64,000 nt of DNA from assembly GCA_016185545.1 (NCBI GenBank), contig JACPNJ010000005.1:167754-231753 (forward strand), given 5' to 3'. Position numbers and translations under genes: made by a program. The notes under the pieces are model-generated. The model was not told the DNA's origin. It saw nothing but the letters and a program-made list of their open reading frames with translations, and ran no database searches. Source of the stretch: Candidatus Yanofskybacteria bacterium. Its GTDB lineage: Bacteria > Patescibacteriota > Minisyncoccia > 2-02-FULL-40-12 > IGHO2-01-FULL-4-A. This document shows positions 9,097 to 18,381 of the stretch, piece by piece. Each line of letters starts with the position of its first letter. Position 1 is the stretch's first letter.

Positions 9097-10923
9097 AATT
9101 CCTTGCATCCCCTCTTCTTCATTATTTTTCAAAATATCAATTAACATGACTTCTCTTAATTCTTCCCGTGGCAAAAGCGGGTGCTGGTCTTCAAGCGGAT
9201 TACCGAATTCCAGCCGCGGAGCGATTTTCTGGTGTTCATCCAACATCACATCGCAAACAACCGGACCGTTATAATCCATGGCTTCTCTTATGCTTGATTC
9301 CATTTCGGCATGGTTATTAATTCTGAAAGCGGCAACATCATAAGCCCGGGCAACTTTTACAAAATCAGGACAACTATAACCATCGCGGGACGACACCGCC
9401 AAGTACCTTTTTTCAAGCTCTTCCACGCTGGCAATACCAAACCAAGACTCAATTGTCTGTTTAATGATTCCGTAACTGCGATTATTCAAAACAAAAACTT
9501 TAATCGGCAGTCCCAGCCGCTTAATCGTTTCCAATTCCTGTATGTGAACCTGGAATCCCCCGTCGCCGATTATGCAAACTACCGGTTTTTTATCATTGGC
9601 AAGACAGACGCCGATACTCGCGGCAAGCGAATAGCCCATTGAAGACAAGCCCATATTGGAAAAAACCCTTTGGCCTTCTTTTACCTCAAAGGCCTGCATT
9701 GTCCAAATAAGATTTCCGCCGCAATCGGTAATTACTGAAACGGAAGCATTCAGCATATTGGAAAGGATCTTTAAAAAAACATAAACATTGACCGAATCTT
9801 TTTGCTGATAATATTCAGGTAAAACTTCAGTGTATTTGACTTTATAATCCGTTGTTTGATTGCGCCACTCACCAATATTAAGCTTCGGGAGATATTTGTT
9901 TTGACCGAACAAAAGATCAAAGAAGTCGCGCAGGTCGCATTTGATAGGTAAATCAATTTTGACTCGCGCTCTTTCCAGCTCAAATTCATCAATATCAACC
10001 ATGATTTTTTTGGCGGCTCGCGCGAATGTATGCGGGCTCCCGCCGGTTTGCCTGACATTTAACCGCGCTCCAAGAGCAATAACCAAATCGGCGTTTTGAA
10101 TGGTAAAATTAGCCCGTCTGTTGCCATAACTGCCTATATTGCCCAGATAAAGCGGATGATTGTGCGGCATATTATCAAAAGCGGCCCAAGTAGCAACCGT
10201 GGGAATACTAAGTGATTCAACAAATTTTCGCGCTTGTCCAATTGTACCAGATAGTCTTAAACCGCCGCCAAGCAAAACAACAGGACGTTTGGCTTTTTTG
10301 ATTATGGTTAAGGCTTCAGCAACTTTACCGGCAAGTTTATCAAGCTCATTTTGCGGCGTATAACACGTGACCTGATAAATACCAATAAGTTTTTCCGGTT
10401 CAATATTGGCTTTCTGCACATCCAAAGGTATCTCAAGAAGCACCGGTCCCGGTCTGTCTTCGTTAGCAATAAGAACGGCTTTCTCCAGGTAATATCTTAT
10501 CTTCTCCGGGTCTTCGACATATTGGGCATACTTGGTAATAGAACCGGCGATAGTAACCATGTCTACAATCTCTCGGCCATGCGAAGCTACTTCTTTGTTG
10601 CGGTTCCATCTTTCTCTGACTACCTGCCCACAGATAAAGATACACGGAATGGAATCGTTCCAACACCCATCAATACCATTAAGCAAATTAAGGGCGCCGG
10701 GAGCATTGGTGGTTATTACCGCTCCAAGACCGCAATCCGCAAATCGCGAATATCCTTCTGCCGCCATAGCCGCCACTTGTTCATGATTAACGCATACGTG
10801 TTTTAACCGTGGTTCGTGGTGCAGTGAATCTATCAGATTTACCGCGTAACCGCCGGTAACCACAAAGACATGTTTTAGTCCCAAATCAGCCAAAAAATGA
10901 ATCACATAATCAGAAAGTTTCAT
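9094..10923 (-). CDS. thiamine-diphosphate-dependent acetolactate-synthase-like enzyme
   Basis: N-terminal TPP pyrimidine-binding domain (HVFVVTGGYAVNLIDSL), central domain and C-terminal TPP-binding domain (GDGGFQ); 609 aa with a C-terminal extension. Confidence 0.75.
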   Translation of the reverse strand: MKLSDYVIHFLADLGLKHVFVVTGGYAVNLIDSLHHEPRLKHVCVNHEQVAAMAAEGYSRFADCGLGAVITTNAPGALNLLNGIDGCWNDSIPCIFICGQVVRERWNRNKEVASHGREIVDMVTIAGSITKYAQYVEDPEKIRYYLEKAVLIANEDRPGPVLLEIPLDVQKANIEPEKLIGIYQVTCYTPQNELDKLAGKVAEALTIIKKAKRPVVLLGGGLRLSGTIGQARKFVESLSIPTVATWAAFDNMPHNHPLYLGNIGSYGNRRANFTIQNADLVIALGARLNVRQTGGSPHTFARAAKKIMVDIDEFELERARVKIDLPIKCDLRDFFDLLFGQNKYLPKLNIGEWRNQTTDYKVKYTEVLPEYYQQKDSVNVYVFLKILSNMLNASVSVITDCGGNLIWTMQAFEVKEGQRVFSNMGLSSMGYSLAASIGVCLANDKKPVVCIIGDGGFQVHIQELETIKRLGLPIKVFVLNNRSYGIIKQTIESWFGIASVEELEKRYLAVSSRDGYSCPDFVKVARAYDVAAFRINNHAEMESSIREAMDYNGPVVCDVMLDEHQKIAPRLEFGNPLEDQHPLLPREELREVMLIDILKNNEEEGMQGI

Positions 10924-10984
10924 GAGCCTTTCTCCTCAAATTGTTAAATAACATTTGGTGCTAATATAACACAAAAAATACGGA

Positions 10985-11012
10985 AGGCAATAAAACCACC
11001 GTTTGGTGGTTT
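10985..11012. terminator. bidirectional terminator-like hairpin
   Basis: aaccaccgtttggtggtt flanked by A-rich and T-rich runs. Confidence 0.5.
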
Positions 11013-11548
11013 TAATTAAAAACTTCGGCATATCTTTCTTCCAGCCATCTTGTGATATTTATTTCTGTTTGCGTCCAAAAGTGCCATGGTAAACTGCAAT
11101 AGCCTAACTTTTTCATCTCGCGCCATGCATCTTTGACATCCCAACCCATCACTCCAACTCTGTATACAAAGCATAGGCACCCGGTGCGATCTCTGCCGAG
11201 AACGCAATGAACCAAGACCGGTTGATTTGACTTGCGGGAAACAAATTCAATGAATTTGTTTATTTCATCATCGCTGGGAGCACGACCTGATATGGGAATT
11301 TGCAGAACGGCAAGCTTGTGAGCCGATGCCCAATCAAATTCCCAATCTTCGGCATGTTTTAATAAAATAATAATAGAATTTATGCCATATTTTTCCACAA
11401 AATAAGACAATGCCTCCGGCGTGGGTTGAGACGATCGATACAGCTTCCCCGCTTCCACCTCGTAAAATCTAAATCTTTTTTCATACGACAACCAAGGAAT
11501 AAAATGTTTCAAACGCGTAACCACTTCGCGAAACATTGATTTAAGCAT
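11012..11548 (-). CDS. dual-specificity / tyrosine protein phosphatase
   Basis: CX5R P-loop VHCVLGRDRTG. Confidence 0.7.
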   Translation of the reverse strand: MLKSMFREVVTRLKHFIPWLSYEKRFRFYEVEAGKLYRSSQPTPEALSYFVEKYGINSIIILLKHAEDWEFDWASAHKLAVLQIPISGRAPSDDEINKFIEFVSRKSNQPVLVHCVLGRDRTGCLCFVYRVGVMGWDVKDAWREMKKLGYCSLPWHFWTQTEINITRWLEERYAEVFN

Positions 11549-11550
11549 TT

Positions 11551-12291
11551 CTACCCGCCTCTCCGAGAAAAGTATATTTTTTTAATGAGTTTGAGCACCG
11601 TCTTGGCAACGCTTATAATATTATCAATTCTCGTAGCATTAGTCCGTCCGTATTTACGGAGACCACGGGTATAAAACGGCGCTTCCGCATAGGAAAGGCG
11701 GTATTTTTTCAAAAGCATCACCAAGATCTCGGCCATATAAGCAAAATCATTGGCATCGGGGTTAAGCTCACGAAGTATTTTGGTCGGGATAATCGTCGTA
11801 CCGTTGTAGTAGCGAAGGCACAAATCGAAAATTAAATTCATGAATACGGTAAATGTTTTGGATATCAGGCGGCGCTTGAACGGCCGACGACTCATATCGG
11901 CTTGATAACCGATAACGATATCGGCGCGCTCCAGGCAATCAAAAAGGTTTTTCAAAGAATCGCCATGCAGGGTGTTTTTACCGGGCACCATCATAAAGTA
12001 ATCAAACCGCGCCGTTGCTAATCCTTGCTTATATTTTAAACCCAGATTGATGAAAGCTTGATTGTGAATAACACGCACTTTCTGATTTTGGCTTGCTAAC
12101 TGATTGGCAAGCTCTGGCGTGCCATCACTTGAACCGTCCGGCTCAAACGAGTCCACAATTATAATTTCCCAATCCACAACTTTGCCCTCTTGGACAAAAG
12201 TCATCATGTTTTCGTTAACATACCTGACCGCACCCTCCAAATTACCCGCTTCTTTGTGAGCGGGCATCACCACGCTCACAGAAACGGCCAT
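11551..12291 (-). CDS. family 2 glycosyltransferase
   Basis: VSVVMPAHKEAGNL N-terminus; GT-A fold. Confidence 0.7.
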   Translation of the reverse strand: MAVSVSVVMPAHKEAGNLEGAVRYVNENMMTFVQEGKVVDWEIIIVDSFEPDGSSDGTPELANQLASQNQKVRVIHNQAFINLGLKYKQGLATARFDYFMMVPGKNTLHGDSLKNLFDCLERADIVIGYQADMSRRPFKRRLISKTFTVFMNLIFDLCLRYYNGTTIIPTKILRELNPDANDFAYMAEILVMLLKKYRLSYAEAPFYTRGLRKYGRTNATRIDNIISVAKTVLKLIKKIYFSRRGG

Positions 12292-12418
12292 AAGACTCTC
12301 CTGTTGAATTATTTGTCAACGAACTTGACACAATAAATATCACAAAAGTGGCATATTGCCAATACGTCAAAATTATTATAAACTCACAAAAGCTATTTCA
12401 CAAAAAACAGGAGATGAA

Positions 12419-13630
12419 ATGGAAACTAGGCAAATTGACACACAATTTGATAGTCAAAAAATTATATATCATCCGGCTTGGCTGAAACGGTGGCTAAACG
12501 ACCCCTTTTCAGCGCCGCCGATTTATATGGAAATATCGCCTATCGGTCTTTGTAACCATCGCTGCACCTTCTGCGCCAAAGAAGTGATGGGGTATCCCGA
12601 CAGAAGTATCCCAAAAGAGAGGCTACTTTGGTTTGTCCAAGAACTGGCATATTTAAGATCTCATGATCCTGATGGCTTAGGCGTGAAAAGCCTAATGCAT
12701 GCTGGTGAAGGAGAACCGACACTCTATAAAGACCTTGCTGAAGTTATCGTGGAAACTACCAAATGCGGTATAGAAAGCGCGCTCACTACCAATGCCACCG
12801 GTTTAACGGAAAAATTTCTTGACACCGCTCTCCCGCATTTAAGCTGGATTAAGGCCAGCGTTAATGCCGGCAAGAAGGAGACCTATACAAAAATACACAA
12901 AGCCAAACCGAACCATTGGGATACCGTCTGGCGTAATCTTGAACGAGCAATAGAGATACGAGTAAAATTCGGTTATTCGTGCGAAATCGGTTGTCAAACG
13001 GTGCTTCTGGTAAATGACACAACAGACTTAGATGGCACAGTAGTGCCCGCCAACTGGCAAGAAGCTACTGATTTAGCAAAGAAGGCAAAAGAAACGGGCC
13101 TTGACCATGTGGTGATTAAGCCCTATGGCCAAAATCCATATAGCTTGGGAACCATGCAAAGATACGGCAACATGAAATATAACGGATTCTTAAAAGAACT
13201 GGAAGAAATGGACAAAGAACTACAGAAATTAAATAACGAAAATTTTAAAGTTGTTTTCAGATGGAATACTATACTTAGCTATGAAAAACCAAAACGGGAA
13301 TACGAAAAATGTCTGGCGACACCCATGTCCTGGGCATATCTCCAATCAGACGGCATGCTCATCAGTTGTGCCGCCCATAATAGCAACCCGGACTTTGACC
13401 TCGGCAACATAAAAGACAAAACCTTTAAAGAAATCTGGTGGGGCGAGCGCCGCCGCCGACACATTGAATTTATGAAAAATTTTGACATCTCCGCCTGCCG
13501 TAAAAATTGTAGGATGAATTTTGTAAACGAAGCCCTCTGGAATTTAGAAACGAAACGCCAATCCGGATTGGTAAGTATACAAGAAACTTTTCCGCCCGAT
13601 TCCTTACCCAAAAATGTTAATTTTATCTGA
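12419..13630 (+). CDS. radical SAM / SPASM-domain enzyme
   Basis: CNHRCTFC (Cx3Cx2C) cluster plus a C-terminal Cys-rich SPASM region; the ORF is open from 12356 (TTG) but AGGAG precedes the ATG at 12419. Confidence 0.7.
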   Translation: METRQIDTQFDSQKIIYHPAWLKRWLNDPFSAPPIYMEISPIGLCNHRCTFCAKEVMGYPDRSIPKERLLWFVQELAYLRSHDPDGLGVKSLMHAGEGEPTLYKDLAEVIVETTKCGIESALTTNATGLTEKFLDTALPHLSWIKASVNAGKKETYTKIHKAKPNHWDTVWRNLERAIEIRVKFGYSCEIGCQTVLLVNDTTDLDGTVVPANWQEATDLAKKAKETGLDHVVIKPYGQNPYSLGTMQRYGNMKYNGFLKELEEMDKELQKLNNENFKVVFRWNTILSYEKPKREYEKCLATPMSWAYLQSDGMLISCAAHNSNPDFDLGNIKDKTFKEIWWGERRRRHIEFMKNFDISACRKNCRMNFVNEALWNLETKRQSGLVSIQETFPPDSLPKNVNFI

Positions 13631-13648
13631 TGAAAGGAGCGAACAATT

Positions 13649-14230
13649 ATGCAACCGGTGCTGATTGTTTTTCTTGGAGTCCAGCTTTCAGGTAAAACAA
13701 CTCTGGCCCAAACAGTATCCCAAGAAACCGGCATTCCTTTTATCAATCTGGACCAAGTGAGAAAAGAACTATTTGGACCAGTTCTATCGGGACCAAAAGA
13801 TTGGCAAAATGCAGAAAAAGAAACCATAGAGAATGCGAAAACTGCGCAGGGCTATGAACGTCTTTTTACAATCATGGGAAACAGTGCCAAGCAAGGCAAA
13901 TCATTGATAGTAGAAATGCCATCGCTTACAAAAAAATGGGGCCTTGGCACCAGAGAAGATCAGCTTAAACAAATTGTTGAATTATCTTCGGCAAAATTAA
14001 AAATAATATGGTGCTACATTGCCAACAATGAAGAATCAGAAGTTAAAAAGAGATCCGATGAAAGATTAGAGGACATCCAAGCGGCTCCGATACGACCGGA
14101 AGATTATTATATGTTTAAAGCAAGATACGCAAGATGCGGAGGAAGGCCCGCGCTTGAACATTTAGCCATAGACACTTCGCAACCACAAGAAGTCTGTCTG
14201 GCGCAAATACGAAAATATCTGGACGCGTAA
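13649..14230 (+). CDS. P-loop kinase (AAA_33 / zeta-toxin-like fold)
   Basis: Walker A GVQLSGKTT. Confidence 0.55.
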   Translation: MQPVLIVFLGVQLSGKTTLAQTVSQETGIPFINLDQVRKELFGPVLSGPKDWQNAEKETIENAKTAQGYERLFTIMGNSAKQGKSLIVEMPSLTKKWGLGTREDQLKQIVELSSAKLKIIWCYIANNEESEVKKRSDERLEDIQAAPIRPEDYYMFKARYARCGGRPALEHLAIDTSQPQEVCLAQIRKYLDA

Positions 14231-14244
14231 GTCCTCCAAAAAAA

Positions 14245-14280
14245 AGAACCCGTTTTATAAGCGGGTTTTTATATTTTTTA
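14245..14280 (+). terminator. rho-independent terminator
   Basis: aacccgttttataagcgggtt hairpin followed by tttatatttttt. Confidence 0.75.
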
Positions 14281-14291
14281 CAAACTACCGA

Positions 14292-14462
14292 TTACCAGTT
14301 ACTAATATACCCGTCAATCGTCTTCTTGAGTCCCTTTCTGAAATCGGTTTTTGCTTTAAAACCGAATTCTTTTTTTGCCCTGTTGACATCAAGCATTCGG
14401 CGCGGCTGGCCATCGGGCTTGGTTTTGTCCCAAACAATTTTTCCTTTATATTGCGTAACCAT
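14292..14462 (-). pseudogene. C-terminal remnant of a GDP-L-fucose-synthase (Fcl)-like gene
   Basis: minus-strand translation [56 protein letters not shown] aligns with the C-terminus of the fcl gene at 17329..18258 ([38 protein letters not shown]); only the last ~57 codons are present. Confidence 0.6.
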
Positions 14463-14558
14463 AGTAGTTTCCTCAACGTCATAATAAAATAATACAGCCG
14501 TTTAACTGTTATTGGACTGTTTTTATTTAATTTGATATATTAGCTTCACTCAATTAAA

Positions 14559-15272
14559 ATGATAGATACAGCAATAATCTTAGCGGGTGGAAGAGGGCTA
14601 CGACTAATGCCCCAAACGGCCGAACAGCCAAAAGCTATGGTTAAAGTTTTGGGTCGCCCGATGATTGAATGGATAATACTTTGGCTTAAAAAAAATAAAA
14701 TAACGAACATAATCGTAAGTGTAGATTACAAAAAGGTAAAGTTGATGAAATATCTGGGAAATGGTAAAAAGTTTGGAGTAAATATATGCTATAACGACCA
14801 CGCGGGAGCGTCAGAAACAGGAGATGCATTTCGCAGTGTCTTTTTAAATATAAAATCTTTGCCAGATGTTTTTGTAGCGATGAATGGGGATCAAATTACA
14901 AATCTTCCAATCAAAAAACTTGTTGCCCACCACAAGAAACATGACCCGATAGCAACCATAGTGACCTGCCCTATAAAAAGTCCATACGGAATAGTCACTC
15001 ACAACAACCTTAATCACTTGGTCAAAGATTTCAAAGAAAAGCCTATTCTGCCGAATATTTACATGAATACCGGTATTTACATTTTCAACAAAAAAATCAT
15101 TAAGTATCTGCCGCAAAAAGGGTCAGTAGAGAGAACGACTTTCAAAAAATTAATCAGAGAACAAAAACTCAAAGCTTATATTCATAGGGGACTATTCGTC
15201 ACGATAAACGACAACAAAGACCTGCAAGATACTGAAAGTATTTTAACCAAATCAAAAATTAATTTTTTATGA
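14559..15272 (+). CDS. sugar-1-phosphate nucleotidyltransferase (GDP-heptose/mannose-1-P guanylyltransferase-like)
   Basis: N-terminal AIILAGGRGLRLMP nucleotidyltransferase motif. Confidence 0.7.
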   Translation: MIDTAIILAGGRGLRLMPQTAEQPKAMVKVLGRPMIEWIILWLKKNKITNIIVSVDYKKVKLMKYLGNGKKFGVNICYNDHAGASETGDAFRSVFLNIKSLPDVFVAMNGDQITNLPIKKLVAHHKKHDPIATIVTCPIKSPYGIVTHNNLNHLVKDFKEKPILPNIYMNTGIYIFNKKIIKYLPQKGSVERTTFKKLIREQKLKAYIHRGLFVTINDNKDLQDTESILTKSKINFL

Positions 15273-15274
15273 AT

Positions 15275-15381
15275 CCCGTTAGAAATTAATCCTAACGGGA
15301 ATAAAAGGTATTTTATTAATATAAGATTGTGAGCTTGCCACCTGTTTAAAGTGGTGGACAGTCCGCAAAACTTCTAACGGG
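15275..15381 (+). repeat. family A palindromic junction element, copy A1
   Basis: terminal inverted repeats cccgttagaa.../...acttctaacggg; inner stem ccacctgtttaaagtggtgg; sits between the TGA of the upstream gene and an ATG. Confidence 0.8.
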
Positions 15382-15669
15382 ATGAATCCCGTACGAACCA
15401 AAACGTTCTATTATGCATATGTAATACAAAGCAATAAAGATGGGCGTTTTTATACAGGTTTTACGGTGGATTTACGGAAGCGCCTTAAGGAGCATAATGA
15501 AAGTAAGTATATTTCTTGGACAAAAGGAAGGGGACCGTTTGACCTAATTTATTATGAAGCCTGCAAAAACAAAGAAGATGCCAGGCAAAGAGAAAAATAT
15601 CTTAAAACAGGACGAGGCAAGCGCTTTATTAAAGAAAGATTAAGGCGCTTCCTGGTTCGTACGGGATGA
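15382..15669 (+). CDS. GIY-YIG nuclease superfamily protein (YhbQ/COG2827-like, 95 aa)
   Basis: YYAYVIQSNKDGRFYTGFTVDLRKRLKEHN = GIY-YIG motif block; the ORF runs exactly between the 12-bp inverted repeats. Confidence 0.8.
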   Translation: MNPVRTKTFYYAYVIQSNKDGRFYTGFTVDLRKRLKEHNESKYISWTKGRGPFDLIYYEACKNKEDARQREKYLKTGRGKRFIKERLRRFLVRTG

Positions 15670-15671
15670 AA
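15382..15671 (+). mobile_element. inverted-repeat-bounded GIY-YIG unit flanked by ATGAA direct repeats
   Basis: ATGAAT-CCCGTACGAACC...GGTTCGTACGGG-ATGAAA; perfect 12-bp inverted repeat; 5-bp direct repeat. Confidence 0.65.
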
Positions 15672-16619
15672 GTATTAATAACCGGCATAACCGGATTTAT
15701 CGGAAGCGAACTTGCGCGCAAACTCTTAAAAGACGGGGACTTTGAAATCGCCGGTCTTTTGCGTACTTCTTCAAATCAGAAAAGAGTTGATGCTATAGAC
15801 GACATAATTAATAATATCAGGGTTTTTTATGCTAACTTCAATGACCACCATGCCATACGCAATGTAATAAAAACTTTCCGCCCTAATTATATACTTCACA
15901 TTGGCGCTCAAACTGCCGTGCGAGATTCTTTTGAAATGCCCCATGAGTTCAATGAAACAAACTATCTTGGCACCATCAATCTGATTCATGCGGCTCTTGA
16001 AGTGGCTGATTTTAAAAAATTTATATTCGCTTCCACGATGGAAGTCTACGGATTTCAGAAAGCTCGGAAGCCGTTTAGAGAAGATCTGCCGTTAAACCCG
16101 GGTAGTCCCTATGCTGCATCCAAGGCCGCCTGCGAACATTATCTGCGAATGGCTAATCAGGCTTTCGGCCTCCCCTATCTCATATCACGCGCCTGTAATA
16201 CGTATGGCAGAAAACATAACTCCGGATACATAGTTGAACATATCATTACATCCATGCTAGACCGAAAAAAGGTATACATAGGCACACCCAAAGCAGTACG
16301 CGATTTGATGCATGTAGATGACCATGTAAATGCCTACGTGACCCTGTTGAAATCTAATGTTGTTAATGAAACCTTTAACTTCGGCACCGGATCGGGCCTG
16401 ACCATGTTGGAGCTAGCCAACATTATCAAAAAAAGACTGGGTTACAAAGACAAAATAATCGCAAGATTTCCTTCGTGGTATCTTTTTCGTCCTTTGGCCG
16501 AGGAATATTTATCAATAGACAGTTTGAAAGCCAAAAAAATTCTTGGATGGGAACCGAGAATTTCTCTTGATAAGGGTCTGATTTCAACAATTGCATATTG
16601 GAAAAAGGTTAAAAAATAA
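15666..16619 (+). CDS. NAD-dependent sugar epimerase/dehydratase (extended SDR)
   Basis: ITGITGFIGSEL Rossmann motif; YAASK catalytic motif. Confidence 0.75.
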   Translation: MKVLITGITGFIGSELARKLLKDGDFEIAGLLRTSSNQKRVDAIDDIINNIRVFYANFNDHHAIRNVIKTFRPNYILHIGAQTAVRDSFEMPHEFNETNYLGTINLIHAALEVADFKKFIFASTMEVYGFQKARKPFREDLPLNPGSPYAASKAACEHYLRMANQAFGLPYLISRACNTYGRKHNSGYIVEHIITSMLDRKKVYIGTPKAVRDLMHVDDHVNAYVTLLKSNVVNETFNFGTGSGLTMLELANIIKKRLGYKDKIIARFPSWYLFRPLAEEYLSIDSLKAKKILGWEPRISLDKGLISTIAYWKKVKK

Positions 16620-16624
16620 AAAAG

Positions 16625-16650
16625 CGCTTTTGTAAGCGCAATGGCAACCA
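16625..16650 (-). terminator. rho-independent terminator (minus strand)
   Basis: gcgcttacaaaagcgc hairpin followed by ttttttatttttt on the minus strand, directly after the stop at 16673. Confidence 0.6.
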
Positions 16651-16672
16651 TTGACAATATCACATCATGCGG

Positions 16673-17260
16673 TTAGTACAATTTTGGTTGGATTGAATTC
16701 CAATATTTTATTTGACACGAAATAAGCTCTTTGGGACAACTATTGAACCATTTTCCACAAGTAGGCTTGGCATTTATAATTTCGCAAAGCATAAAATATG
16801 CTGAATCGTGCGACCTGTGATTATCTGGATTATTAAAGCAATCTATCTTCCTGACAACCCTTACTTTAATACCCAGCTCTGCGTCAGCGATTCTTTGTGC
16901 AGCCTCATCCAAGCTCTCTCCGGGACCCAAACATCCGCCAGGAAAATGCCATCCCTTGAAATACTTATCGTCTCGCCACGTGAGAAGAATGCGGCCTTCA
17001 TTTATGATAGCTAGATCAACATTTGTCCTTACGAGAAGCCGCGTCAATGGGACAAAGACGGGACCCCATATGCCCTTGTGAATCGGCGGTAAGTGCTGTA
17101 ATAACTCCGCCAATACCATCTTGCCCAGATCATTAAGCTCGTTGCTATTGCCTATCAAGTTTTTGCAAATGTTGTTTATATTTTCTTGCGTCGCCATCTC
17201 ACAGCCTCCAATTTTTAAATTACATATCCCAAATTTAACATTTATTATTTTAAAAGTCAA
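16673..17260 (-). CDS. Nudix hydrolase (GDP-mannose mannosyl hydrolase-like; adjacent to fcl)
   Basis: Nudix box GGCLGPGESLDEAAQRIADAELGI; its position next to fcl mirrors gmm-fcl. Confidence 0.6.
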   Translation of the reverse strand: MTFKIINVKFGICNLKIGGCEMATQENINNICKNLIGNSNELNDLGKMVLAELLQHLPPIHKGIWGPVFVPLTRLLVRTNVDLAIINEGRILLTWRDDKYFKGWHFPGGCLGPGESLDEAAQRIADAELGIKVRVVRKIDCFNNPDNHRSHDSAYFMLCEIINAKPTCGKWFNSCPKELISCQIKYWNSIQPKLY

Positions 17261-17319
17261 ACCTACGCATGCATCATGTAATAAAAATGTGCCAGATTGG
17301 TTTAAATAGTCATTATTAA

Positions 17320-18258
<939 letters not shown>

Positions 18259-18260
18259 AT

Positions 18261-18381
18261 CCCGTACGAGACACAATGAGTAAACACACAAAAATGGCCG
18301 GTGGCCGGAGTGTCTTTACTGGATAAAATGATAAACTAACTAGGCACGGTTGCGACAGAGTCGCAACCTGTCTCGTACGGG
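18261..18381 (+). repeat. family B palindromic junction element, copy B1
   Basis: terminal inverted repeats cccgtacgagaca.../...tgtctcgtacggg; internal ggttgcgacagagtcgcaacc hairpin; TGA-element-ATG placement. Confidence 0.8.

Noticed and set aside
9310-10806. Several 60-150-aa ORFs antisense to the TPP-enzyme gene (9310..9642, 10351..10806, 10532..10786 and others)
   Set aside because: Fully embedded antisense in a long conserved coding region; typical spurious ORFs.
12292-12418. Sigma70-like promoter call in the divergent spacer (TTGTCA / TTGACA hexamers)
   Set aside because: Two -35-like hexamers are present but no convincing -10 at 16-18-nt spacing could be fixed by eye, so no promoter feature was recorded.
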